A DNA stretch of 60,092 nt, the filler included, from Malassezia furfur (taxonomy: Eukaryota), in NCBI GenBank assembly GCA_052055015.1. It is 6 parts of 6 records of this genome, joined end to end, with 100 filler letters (N's around TTAATTAATTAA, not from the genome) between each part and the next. Parts side by side here need not be neighbours in the genome. Positions count along the whole stretch, not along the records: positions 40,399 to 50,202 come from JBQJIT010000408.1; positions 50,303 to 60,092 come from JBQJIT010000409.1; 4 more parts are not named here. One strand, written 5' to 3'. A model generated the notes under the pieces. The model was not told the origin of the DNA, ran no database searches, and saw only the letters and a program-made list of their open reading frames with translations. Shown here piece after piece: positions 44,132 through 54,205 of this stretch (position 1 is its first letter; the number at the start of each line of letters is the position of its first letter). Made by a program: the position numbers and the translations under genes.

Positions 44132-45743
44132 CTACGACTCTGCATACTGCTGCTGGATCGCCGCCTGGTTCTTGGCGCGCCCGGCCGCACGCTTGCCCGA
44201 CTGGAAGCGCTGCACCATCTCCTTGGCGACCGCCTCGGGGCGCTGGCCGAGGAAAAAGCTGGGGAACGGCGTCGTATCGTCCGCGACGCTCGGCGGCTTG
44301 GGCCACGTCGTCAGCGCAGGATACAGGCACAGCTTCGACAGCGAGGCGGGCGGCGCTGCGTGAGTCTTTCCACGTACCATAGGCGCGCGGCGTATGCGCC
44401 GCGGCGGTCAGCACCGCGTGCTTCGCGAGCGGCGGCGCTTCGGTCGGCGCGTCGGCCACCGGCGCCGTGCCGGCGAGCTGCGCAAGCGCCTCGCCGGGCA
44501 GCTCGCACGGCGTGAGCTGCTGGGCGTCCACCGTGAACGCACGCAGCGCGGGGCCCTCGGCCATGCCCGGCCGGTCGTCCGTGGCCACGTAGAGGGTATG
44601 CGCGGCGGCAACGTACGCAACGCTCAGAATCGGCGCGTGCACATCGTACAGGTACACGTTGTCGAGCGTGTGCGTCGTGGCCAGCTCGGCGAGCGGGACG
44701 AGCGCCAGGACCGAGGCGCCTTCCCACGTGAGCAGCACCTGGTCGTCGGCGACACGCAGCAGGTGCGTCAGGACGAGCGGCGCGGGGTCCATGGCCTCCT
44801 CGCCCTCCTCGCCGTCGGTGCGCTTGCGCTTCGGCGGCGGCTTGGCGGTCGGGTCAAACGCGTCGCGCAGGCCGAGGTTGCTCGCCGCGCGCTCCCTGCG
44901 CCGCTCGACGTCGGCATCGACGCTGACGTACTTGCGCAGCGCCGCGGCGTCGAGCGTCACGACCGACTGCGGGCCATACGACCCATCCTCCGCCTGCGTC
45001 CAGACGCGGAGGAGGTGCCCGCCGTCCGCGGACACCAGCGTGTCGCGCTCGGCGAGGTGCGCCGCGCGGGCGTCGGCGGCGGCGAGCGGAAGCAGCGCGC
45101 CGACAAAGCTCGACGAGCCGAGCAAGTACTGCGTGACGATGTGCCCCGCGCGGCGCGGGCCCCAGCGCGAAAGGCGGATGTGCTCGTCGCGGTCTGCACT
45201 GACGATCTGCTGCGGGAGGGGCGCGCCCAGGAACGCCAGGCAGGTGACCATGCTGACGTGCCCAAGGCGCGGCTTGACCACGGCCTCTGCCGGGTCCTCC
45301 TCGGCGGCGTCCGGCAGGGCAGCGGGCGCCACGGAGGCGTCCACGGGCCAGCTCCAAACGTCGCCGAACTTGTCGGCGACGACGACTTCTTCGCCGAGCG
45401 TGCCGTTCAGGTCGTAGTGCGTCCACTGCAGCGTGCCCGCGCGCTTGGCGAGGCGCTGGCGCACGACCTCCTTGTCGCGCGCCATGTCGGTGGTGCGCCA
45501 CACACGCAGCGTCTTGTCGTCCGACGCGACGGCGACAAACGTCTCGCTGGGCGACAGCGCACACAGGCGGGGGAACGCCGCGACGGTGGCATCGCCCGGC
45601 GAGCCCGCGTCGATGCGCGCATCGAGTGCGGCAAGCAGCTTTCCGCTCGCACGCTCGTACAGCACAAGATTGGCGCCCGTGAGCGCAACAAGGTACCGCT
45701 CCGACGCGTCCAACGCGTGCACCGGCAGCGGCGCCAAGCTCAT
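44132..45743 (-). CDS. TRM82: tRNA m7G46 methyltransferase WD40 subunit
   Basis: KRA..L, ADKFGDV, LGHVSM.T, SADRDEHIR.SR. Intron 44356-44377 (22 nt). Confidence 0.87.
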
Positions 45744-45790
45744 CGTCGAAAGGTCACGTGGTCGAAGCGGCGGACGTGCTGTGGGGCTAT

Positions 45791-48700
45791 CTACTCGTCG
45801 TCCGTGTCCGGCTCGCGCTCGCCGCCGTACTGCAGCCAGCGGTTGAGGCGGAGGCGGCGGCGCTCCTCCTGTGCCTTCTTCTCGTTGCGTGTGAGCTTCT
45901 TCTTGCCCTTTTTGGCCTTGAGCTTGGACATGTCCTCGTCGTCGGACTGCGTCGCAGGCGTGTTGGTCCCGCTGTTCACCGCGCTGTTCACCGCGCTGGG
46001 GAGCGCGCTCGGCGCGGGCGTCGCCTCCGAGGGCGTCTCGGAGGCGGGCGCGCCGTCCTCGGCAAAGTTCTCCGTGGCCACATCCGTCTTGGTCTTCGAC
46101 ACGATCTGTCCGTTCTCCACGCGCCAGATTTCGGGGCAGAGCGCCGAGATGAACTCGTTGTTGTGCGAGATGATCACCACCGCGCCGCCCCACTCGCGGA
46201 TGGCGACCGCGAGACCACCAAGCGCCTCGCGGTCCAAATAGTTCGTCGGCTCGTCCAGCACGAGCACCTGGGGGTTGTTCCATAGCGCCGCGGCGAGCAC
46301 CACCTTGACCTTTTGCCCGCCCGAGTAGCCGGCCATGGCGTTGTTCTCGGCGATCTCGCCGTTGAGGCCGACCGCCTCGAGCTCCTTGCGGATCGCCTTC
46401 TGGCTCAGGTCGCGGCTGCCCGCGCCCTCGCGCGACGAGTCAAAGTCGTCAAACTTCTGCACGAGCTTCGAGAAGCCCAGCTCCAGGAGACGCTCGCGCG
46501 GAATCCATGTGTTGAACTTGTGGTCCATGCCGACCCACTTGATCTCGTACTGGAAGTTCTTCTTGAGCTTGCTGCGCCCCACAATGAACTCCACCTTGCG
46601 CTTCTCGCCGGTGGTGGAGACGATCGGCGTCTCCATCTGGCGCGCCTCCTCCTCGGACAGCTTGCGCGTGACCTTTTCGGTGATCTCGCGGTCGTGGCCG
46701 TCCTGGTAGCGCCAGGTGATGTACTGGCACGCGGTCTTTTCGAGGTGCTGCTCCAGGTGGTGGAACGCGTGCTGCGCCATGAGCGCGACACGCAGGTTCG
46801 GGTGCATCTCGACCTTGCCCTCGGTCGGCAGAATCTCGCCCGTGAGCACCTTGATCAGCGTCGACTTTCCGGCACCGTTCGGGCCGATGACACCCACGCG
46901 GCTCGACAGCGAGATGCTCACCGACGCGTCCACCAGCGACGGGCGCGACATGCCGGGGTACTGCACCGTGACGTGCGACGCCTTGAGGATCGTGCGCGTG
47001 TTGGAGCGCACGCCCATCAGCGAGCCGGGCGGCGGGAAGGAGAACTTGACCGAGGTCGCGGCGAGCGAGTAGTACGACTTGGCCTCGGGGCGCTTGCTCA
47101 CAAACGCCGAGAGGTTGCCGCGGTAGTACTTGAGCTTCTTGTGCTCGTAGTGGATAATGTCGGTGCAGACGTTATCGAGGAAGCTCGAGTCGTGCGACAC
47201 GGTGAGCACGGTGATGTCCTTGTTGTTCACGAGGTACTGCTCGAGCCACGCGATCGACGCCACGTCCAGGTGGTTCGTCGGCTCGTCCAGCAGCAGGATG
47301 TCGGCGCCAATCAGCATCGCGCGCGCGAGCTCCAGCTTCATCTTCCACCCGCCCGACAGGCTGCCCACGGGGTTGTTCTGGCGCTCCTCGTCAAAACCGA
47401 CCGAGTGCAGCGCCTCGGCGACCTGCTCGCGCGTCTTGTGCGCGAGCTGCTTGTCCTCGGCAACAAAGTCGAGGATCGGCTTCGAGCCGTCCTCGCCCTG
47501 GAGCGAGTGCTCCACCATCACCGTGCGCACCTCCTCGGGCGGCGGATAGCCCTCAACCTTGCCGTCGCGCATCGCCTTGAGCAGCGTCGACTTGCCGCTG
47601 CCGTTCGCGGCGACGATGCCGTAGCGGTGCCCGCGGTGCAGGCGCAGCAACGTGTGGTTGAGCAGCAGCAGACCGCCGTACGCCAGCGAGAACACCGTCT
47701 TGCACAGCTGCTCGCCCTCAATGTCCGCGTCGTCGTCCTCGGGCTGCCCGAAGCGCTCCGTGTCGAGCCGGACGTACTCGGCACGCACCGCGTCCGTGGC
47801 CGCCTGCGCGCCCTCGGGCGCCGCCGTGATCCGGCGCACGTACGGCAGCACATACACGTCGTTCCACGCCTCGGCCTGCACCATGCGCTTGTCCGCCAGG
47901 CGCACAATGAGGCGCGCGACGTACTCGAGGCCCACGAGCGTCCACGCGTCGTTCATGGCCTCGAGGCCCTCGGGCATGTGCGGCTGCACGGCGTTTGCCA
48001 GCGCCTTGAGCGCCGCATGTCGCGCGCGGCGCTGCGCCTGCGCAGGGTCCACCGTCTGCTTCTTCGACTCGGCGGCGTCGAACGCGGTGCGCAGCGTGTC
48101 GGCGGCGCTCTTGGCGTGCTCACGCACCTCGGGGAAACTCGCGCCCTCCTCGATGCGCTTCACCGCAGGGTACAGCTCCGGCAGGAAGGTCGCGGCGGTG
48201 TGCGGATCGCGCACCAGCTTGCACAAATTGTCCACAATGATCACCGACTGGCGCTGCACCGTCTGGCTGCGCTCGTTCAGCGCACGGCTCAGCAGGGGCA
48301 CCATGACCGCCAGCGCAGGGCCCGTCACCTCGGCGACAAACGTGATCGACGAGAGCTTCTTGATGCACTCCGGCACCGTATCGGGCCGCGCCATGCACCC
48401 GACCAGGTCCGGGATAAAGGGGCGGATGTCGTTGTTGTCGATCACACCGCACACCTTGGTCGCCGTCTTGATCGCCTGCTTCGACACCTCGGCCTTGGTC
48501 TCGTGCATCGCCTCGGTGAGCACGGGCGTCATGTGCGCCAGCTCGTCGCCGACCTGCTCAAAGGCGCGGTCGGCAAGGCGCGACATGACCTTGAGCGCGC
48601 CAACCTTGGCCTGCCACTTGACGCTGCTCGACTTGATCACAAGGTACAGGCTGTCGAGCAGCTCGGGGATCGCCTCGGGGGGGTACAGCGCCGCCAGCGC

Positions 48701-49048
48701 CGACACGGCCGACTCGGCGGCCTTCTTCGCGGCATCGTTCTTGTCCGCGTAGTTTTCAAGGAGCGGCACGAGCGCGACACCCAGCCACGGCTCGGCTCCG
48801 TTCGGCATCGGCGCATTCTTGCCGCCCACCTTGGTCGCAAGCGCACCGAGCCCAATCGCCGCACGCTCGCGGTCGCTTGCCGACTTCTTCGAGCGCAGAC
48901 GCTCGACCAGCGTATCGACAATATGTTCGCGCGCCGTGATGCGCAGGCCATGCTCATTTACATACTCGGCCAGCTTCTCGGCGGCCAGATGCGCATCGGC
49001 ACTCGAGCTGCTCTCGAGCAGCGCTTGCACCGGCGCACTCCCAGACAT
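45791..49048 (-). CDS. NEW1: eEF3-family ABCF protein (New1/Elf1 type)
   Basis: HEAT region, two ABC cassettes (NGSGKST, LSGGWKMK, GPNGAGKST, SGGQKVK), chromo-like insert YEIKW..NTW.PRE.L, tail KKKLTRNE..RR..WL typical of New1/Elf1. Confidence 0.8.
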   Translation of the reverse strand: MSGSAPVQALLESSSSADAHLAAEKLAEYVNEHGLRITAREHIVDTLVERLRSKKSASDRERAAIGLGALATKVGGKNAPMPNGAEPWLGVALVPLLENYADKNDAAKKAAESAVSALAALYPPEAIPELLDSLYLVIKSSSVKWQAKVGALKVMSRLADRAFEQVGDELAHMTPVLTEAMHETKAEVSKQAIKTATKVCGVIDNNDIRPFIPDLVGCMARPDTVPECIKKLSSITFVAEVTGPALAVMVPLLSRALNERSQTVQRQSVIIVDNLCKLVRDPHTAATFLPELYPAVKRIEEGASFPEVREHAKSAADTLRTAFDAAESKKQTVDPAQAQRRARHAALKALANAVQPHMPEGLEAMNDAWTLVGLEYVARLIVRLADKRMVQAEAWNDVYVLPYVRRITAAPEGAQAATDAVRAEYVRLDTERFGQPEDDDADIEGEQLCKTVFSLAYGGLLLLNHTLLRLHRGHRYGIVAANGSGKSTLLKAMRDGKVEGYPPPEEVRTVMVEHSLQGEDGSKPILDFVAEDKQLAHKTREQVAEALHSVGFDEERQNNPVGSLSGGWKMKLELARAMLIGADILLLDEPTNHLDVASIAWLEQYLVNNKDITVLTVSHDSSFLDNVCTDIIHYEHKKLKYYRGNLSAFVSKRPEAKSYYSLAATSVKFSFPPPGSLMGVRSNTRTILKASHVTVQYPGMSRPSLVDASVSISLSSRVGVIGPNGAGKSTLIKVLTGEILPTEGKVEMHPNLRVALMAQHAFHHLEQHLEKTACQYITWRYQDGHDREITEKVTRKLSEEEARQMETPIVSTTGEKRKVEFIVGRSKLKKNFQYEIKWVGMDHKFNTWIPRERLLELGFSKLVQKFDDFDSSREGAGSRDLSQKAIRKELEAVGLNGEIAENNAMAGYSGGQKVKVVLAAALWNNPQVLVLDEPTNYLDREALGGLAVAIREWGGAVVIISHNNEFISALCPEIWRVENGQIVSKTKTDVATENFAEDGAPASETPSEATPAPSALPSAVNSAVNSGTNTPATQSDDEDMSKLKAKKGKKKLTRNEKKAQEERRRLRLNRWLQYGGEREPDTDDE

Positions 49049-49140
49049 CCTGCAATGATGAAAGGGCACGCGCGTCGCCCAAAAAAAAAAAAAAAGTTTG
49101 CCGGCTGCACGCCCCGATCCGGTGCGCACGTGGCCGGAGT

Positions 49141-50202
49141 CTATGGCGTCACGTCGCTGCCCCACGCTGTGTACATCAGCACACTGAACGCACGCAGCTC
49201 GCGCGACTCGGTGATCGCCTCGACGTACTCGTTCGGCGACGTGTTGAAGGCGACTTGCGCCTGCAGCGCCACGAGCGGCAGCACGCGCGCGAGCTCGAGC
49301 GGCTTCTCGGCCGCCAGCACCCGCGCACGATGCCGCGCGTCGGCCGTGCCGTGCAGCAAATCGTCGGGCGTCGACTGCACGCCAAAGGACGGCGCCAGGT
49401 GCTGCATGAGCAGCTCAAACACGCGGTCGCACGACACGCGAAACACGCGCGCAAAGTCGGGCGAGTCGATATAGTCCTTGGTCTCGTCCAGGAGCGACCG
49501 TAGCTGGGGCGTCAGCACCTCGTCCGTCGGGGTATTCGGCAGGATGGCACCCGCATTCGCGAGCATCGCACACTCGTCCTCCATGTGCTCGGGCAGGAGC
49601 AGGTTGCGGAAACCGTGCTTGCTCAGGAACGCCTCGCTCGGCGCGTGCGCATCGCTGGCCTCCGCGTGCTCGAGCCGCTCGCGGATGCGGTCCATCGCGC
49701 CCTGGAAGTGATGGTAGGTCAGGATGGTGCGCAGCGGCATCTCGCCGATCTCGGCCTGCACCGCGTGCTGCACGCGCGCCGCAACCGTCTTCCAGCCGTG
49801 GTGCAGGAACCAGTAGGAGGAGGTGAGGTACTTTTTCTCGGTATCCTGGTCGAGCAGCGCATTGCCGACGGCGTCGTCATCGTCGGTCAGCAGCTGCGGA
49901 TTGATGTGCAGGTTCGAGGCATCGTGCAGCGCAATGTGGTGCTTCTCCGTCTCGCCGCGGTCGGTCTGCGTGTCGCGGAACTCGTGCTTGGCCTGCGACT
50001 CGAGCGCCGCAAGGTATGCACGCCGCCCAATCATGTTCAGCTGGATGTGCGTCTGCAATGCGAGGAACACGAGCGTGTAGAGCGTCGTAAACGTGCGGGA
50101 AAACGACTGCAGCTTGATTTCGTTCCAGAGCCGCAGCTTCGCCTGCCGCCGGTCCTCGTCTGAGGGCGCGGGCGGCGCGGGTGCGGGCGCGGGCGCGGGC
50201 GC
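49141..50202 (-). CDS. PEX3: Peroxin Pex3 (5'-truncated)
   Basis: KLRLWNEIKLQSFSR, IQLN.IGR, YLT.SYWFLH.GW, LLDETKDYIDSPDF. Confidence 0.9.
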   Translation of the reverse strand, partial: APAPAPAPAPPAPSDEDRRQAKLRLWNEIKLQSFSRTFTTLYTLVFLALQTHIQLNMIGRRAYLAALESQAKHEFRDTQTDRGETEKHHIALHDASNLHINPQLLTDDDDAVGNALLDQDTEKKYLTSSYWFLHHGWKTVAARVQHAVQAEIGEMPLRTILTYHHFQGAMDRIRERLEHAEASDAHAPSEAFLSKHGFRNLLLPEHMEDECAMLANAGAILPNTPTDEVLTPQLRSLLDETKDYIDSPDFARVFRVSCDRVFELLMQHLAPSFGVQSTPDDLLHGTADARHRARVLAAEKPLELARVLPLVALQAQVAFNTSPNEYVEAITESRELRAFSVLMYTAWGSDVTP

Positions 50203-50302
50203 NNNNNNNNNNNNNNNNNNNNNNNNNNNNNNNNNNNNNNNNNNNNTTAATTAATTAANNNNNNNNNNNNNNNNNNNNNNNNNNNNNNNNNNNNNNNNNN
50301 NN
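50203..50302. other. Artificial contig spacer
   Basis: N run + TTAATTAATTAA. Confidence 0.98.
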
Positions 50303-51977
50303 GCGACACGGACGCAGCGCGTGCGCGCCGCTCGACCAACGGTGCCGCTGCTGGCTGCGGGCCCGCCGATCCCGAATGCGCCGCCGATGGACGGCGCGGC
50401 GCAGTCGGACCTCGCCGCGCTCGGCGTGGCACCGGCCGAGGAGGAGATGGACTGGGCATCGGTACGTGGCCTGACTCACGACGCAGCTCAACAACGACTA
50501 CTGCGAGACATGCCATGGGCATGGCCGCTTCCTGTGCTGCGACGGATGCCCGCGCTCGTTCCATTTTGCGTGTGTGAACCCGCCGCTGGACGTGGACGAG
50601 ATGCCCTTCCCGAACGGGACGCTGCTGCCGAAGCGCAAGGGCGATGCGAAAAACGACCCGCGCGCTGCACGCGCCGACGCAGACGACAGCTGGTTCTGCC
50701 AGGTGTGCTTTGCGGCACGCCTGCCGCCCAAGCCGGTGCGCAACGCCGGGCCGTTTGGCGTCCTGGTGCAAAAACTCGAGCGGGAAAACCCGAGCATCTT
50801 TGCGCTCCCCGCCGAGCTGCGCAACTACTTCAAGGGCGTGTCTACCGGCGCGGACGGCGCGTACGTCGATAGCACGTCGCTGCGCCCGCTCAAGCTCTCG
50901 CGCCACGGCTTTGTCGAGGAGCGCGACGCCTTCCAGCTGCGCGACAAGCACGGCGAGGCAGTGCTGTGCTACCAGTGCGGCGGCTCGGCGCTGCCGATCG
51001 CCGACGTACTCCCACCGGGTGCCGCGCGTGCGCCGACGCAGGCCGAGGAGCTCGAGGCGCTCGAGACGCTTGCCGACGCCGCGCTCGCTGCACAGCAGCC
51101 GCCACGCGCACCGCCGCACGGCCGCCGCATGCTGTCGTGCGACTTTTGCCATCTGCACTGGCACCTCGACTGCGTCGACCCACCGATGCAGACCATGCCG
51201 CCCACCACGCGGCGGTGGAAGTGCCCGGCCCACAGCAGCCACGCCGAGCCACGCGTGCGGATACCCCGCGCGGCGAACCAGGTGAAGACGGTGGACGTGC
51301 CGCTCGCGACCGCACCGCCGCCCGCCGCCCGCCCGCCACGGCCGCTGGGTGAGGTCGAGGTGCTCGCCGACCCCAACGACCGCTACTTTGACCACGAGAG
51401 CGGCAAAGGCCACTCGTCTGAGCCGCCGTACGACGAAGTCACGGTGAGCAACTCGAACGGGACACGCCTTCGATACCGGATTCCCGAAAAGACCATCCGC
51501 CTCGAGTTCTGGAGCCGCGCGGCGCTCGAGCGTGCACAGCACGCGCGCCGCGCCGCAGCAGCGGCACCGTCTACGACCCACACACCGCACGCGCCCTTCC
51601 CGCATGCGCCACCCATCGCGCCCACCGCGCTTGATCGGCTCGTGGCCGTGGCGCTCGGCGAGGCGCGTGCCCCACCGCACGAGGCGCCGGCGGGCGAGGC
51701 CCGCACGCCCGAACACCTCGCCCAGAACGCCGCGGCAGCCCACGCGTCGCTCGCACCGAACGCGACGCCGTTTGACGGCGCGATGCGCTCAACGTACCGC
51801 GCAGACGAGGCGCCGCCGCTCGCGCCGAGCGCGCGGCACGACGCGCCACCGCCGCCGCCCGTCGCCGAGCCGCTCACGTACGTGTACCCCTCGGAACTTG
51901 GCGAGCTGCGCGCCATCAAGCGCATGCTCACCGCCAAGGGGCCCGAGCGCGTCCGCGCATTTTTGCAGGAGTCATAG
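50303..51977 (+). CDS. RCO1: Double-PHD finger protein, Rco1/Cph1 type (5'-truncated)
   Basis: After intron 50462-50486 (25 nt): NNDYCETC..GRFLCCDGCPRSFHFAC.NPPL..WFC..C, NP.IF.LP..LR.YF, second PHD CDFC.LHWHLDC.DPP..WKCPAH. Confidence 0.82.
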
Positions 51978-51983
51978 CCCTAC

Positions 51984-52862
51984 CTACCGGCCGGACACGG
52001 TCCCGGCCTCGTCTACATCGCTCGTCGCGACGTACGCCTCGTCTTCACGGGCCGTACACGGGGAAGAGGGCGCGTGCGGTGCACGCGCACGCGACTCGAG
52101 CGCCGCCGCCAGGTCGTCGAGGATGCGCCGTGGTGTGCGGTACGCCGCCTCGTACAGCGGCGCAGGCCGCGCATGCGGCGCGGACCGCCGCCGCCGTCGC
52201 GGCCGACGAGGCTCAGGGGGTATAGAGGGTGCCAGCTGCAGCAGCAATGCGGCCAGCGTTGTGCGTGCCGCACGGTGTGCCTCGGACGCGGGCAGGAGAC
52301 GCGTCGGGGGGTCCAGCGGCAGCTGCGCGGCCCAGCGGTGCCAGCGCGGCGCCGGCGCCGTCGAGGGCACGAGGGTATCTAGCAAAGTGCGGCGCGCCTG
52401 GGCATCGTTGTAGCGCGCATACTCCGTCGCCAGCTCGGCACGAATCTGCTCGAGCACACGGGTACGCAGCGCGCTGTCCGGCACGGCGCGCGCCGCGGCA
52501 CACGCCACAAGGTGCGTCCGCCGCTTCACGGCGCTATGGGAGGCGGCAAAGTGCGATGCGCACAGCGCACACCGCGGGAGCATGCGGATCGCCTCACGGG
52601 GGAGTGCATCGAGGCACGATGGTGGCGGCGGCGGCGCGCTTGTGCGCGGCTTGGTCGGCGAGCGACGCGCAGCGGCGCCGGCGGTGGGCGCCGCATTCGT
52701 CGCCGCTTTGGGCGCAAACGGCGCGCGCACGACGCGCTGGTGCGCCGGAGGGTCGGAAACAGCGCACACCTCGTGTGCCGGCGTGCCGTGGGCGACCGGC
52801 GCGTACGCAAACGTCGCCAGCTGCGCCCGGAACGCGGCGTCCTCCTTCCCCGCCGCGTCCAT
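51984..52862 (-). CDS. Hypothetical protein with a C-x2-C-x15-H-x3-C zinc finger-like motif
   Basis: ATG just downstream of a CACGTG box; CALCASHFAASHSAVKRRTHLVAC; fills the space between convergent RCO1 and divergent SOS7. Confidence 0.6.
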   Translation of the reverse strand: MDAAGKEDAAFRAQLATFAYAPVAHGTPAHEVCAVSDPPAHQRVVRAPFAPKAATNAAPTAGAAARRSPTKPRTSAPPPPPSCLDALPREAIRMLPRCALCASHFAASHSAVKRRTHLVACAAARAVPDSALRTRVLEQIRAELATEYARYNDAQARRTLLDTLVPSTAPAPRWHRWAAQLPLDPPTRLLPASEAHRAARTTLAALLLQLAPSIPPEPRRPRRRRRSAPHARPAPLYEAAYRTPRRILDDLAAALESRARAPHAPSSPCTAREDEAYVATSDVDEAGTVSGR

Positions 52863-52907
52863 CGCTACGCGTGTCACGTGGCGAAAACAACACGGAGCGC
52901 CTCCACC

Positions 52908-54187
52908 ATGACCACGCGCCGGCAGAGTGCGTCGAGCGCGACGCGTACGGCGCGCGTGAGTGTGTCGCCCGGCAGCAAGAGTCTGTCGCACCTGTCCCCG
53001 AAGCGCGATGCGCTTAAGCCCGTGGCGGAGCATGACGAGACGGAGAGCAATGCACAAGACACAATCCGCGCAACACAGAGGTACGTGCGGCCTCCACGCT
53101 GACGCAGTCTGCTTGCGACGCTCGAGACGCCGTCGTCGAGCGCTCAAAGCTCGCTCGGCCTGCATATGCTGCGCGAAAAGCTCGCGCAGTATGCTGCGAG
53201 CGAGCAGCAGCCGATCGTCGACGAAGGGCTCCGGCTCGACTGGGAGCTGTACAACGACGTCGGCGGTGCGCTGGAGCAGGAAGAGGCGCTGCTGCTGGTA
53301 CGTGCCCAGCTGACCTCCAGGACTATTTCCGGAAGCTCAAGTTTATCTATCTTGAGCAAGAGACCAAGCTGCGCTTCCTCGCGGATCTGCAGGACGACCC
53401 CGAGACCGGCCAGGAGCCACAGATCCTGTCGGCGGCCGACGTTGCACAGCGCGAGCACGACTGCCGCCGCGTCAAGCAGCAGCTCGTGGAGGCGAAGCGG
53501 CGAGTGCGTGACCTGCGTGAAGAAATTGACGAGCTTGCTGCGGCGCTGGCCGAGCCGTGGGCCGCGCTCGAGGATGGCGCACGTGAAGCGAAGCAGCTCA
53601 TTTCCGAGATTTCCGACATGGAGCTCGAGCTGGCGCGCAGCAAGGCCGCCGAGGGCACGCAAGGCGCCATGACCACGGCCGAGGCGGAGGCGCTGTGTGA
53701 CGAGCAGATCGTCGAGATGCAGACGTTCGACGATGATACCACCCACAAGACACGCGAAATGGAGCAATGCAAGCGGGAGCTTGCCGAGAGCCTGCGGCAC
53801 CTCGAGAGACTCAAGGTCGAGCGGAGTGCCGCGGAGAAGCTCGCAAACGAGGCGCAGCTCGGCGCCGGGCGCGACCGCGGGCGCGACTGGGAGATGGAGC
53901 GCGTGTGTGCACGGCACCAGTCCATGCTGGACCACCTGCACGAGACGCTCGCGCTGCAGGCGCTGCGTGCGCCGTCCGCGCACGAGCTGGAGCTGGTCTT
54001 GGCGCCGCACGGCACGACGCTGCGGCTCGCGTTCGACGAGCCGGGTGGCGCGCTGGTGCAGTACGCCGTGGAGGACGCGCACGGCGAGGCCATAGACCTG
54101 TCCAAGGACACGCTGGCGTTTGCCGACGCGGCGCTCGCGAGCAACTTGCCCGCGGCGCTGGCGCAGCGGATCTGGCAGGAGGTGTAG
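52908..54187 (+). CDS. SOS7: Kinetochore protein Sos7 (Kre28/Zwint-like)
   Basis: After introns 53081-53107 (27 nt) and 53298-53320 (23 nt): DYFRKLKFIYLEQETKLRFL (Sos7 motif) and a long coiled coil. Confidence 0.75.
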
Positions 54188-54205
54188 TTCGAGACTACGG
54201 GGACG

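Noticed and set aside
29582..54187. Apparent kinetochore gene cluster (SCM3, CSM1, SOS7)
   Set aside because: The three genes are on different contigs joined artificially.
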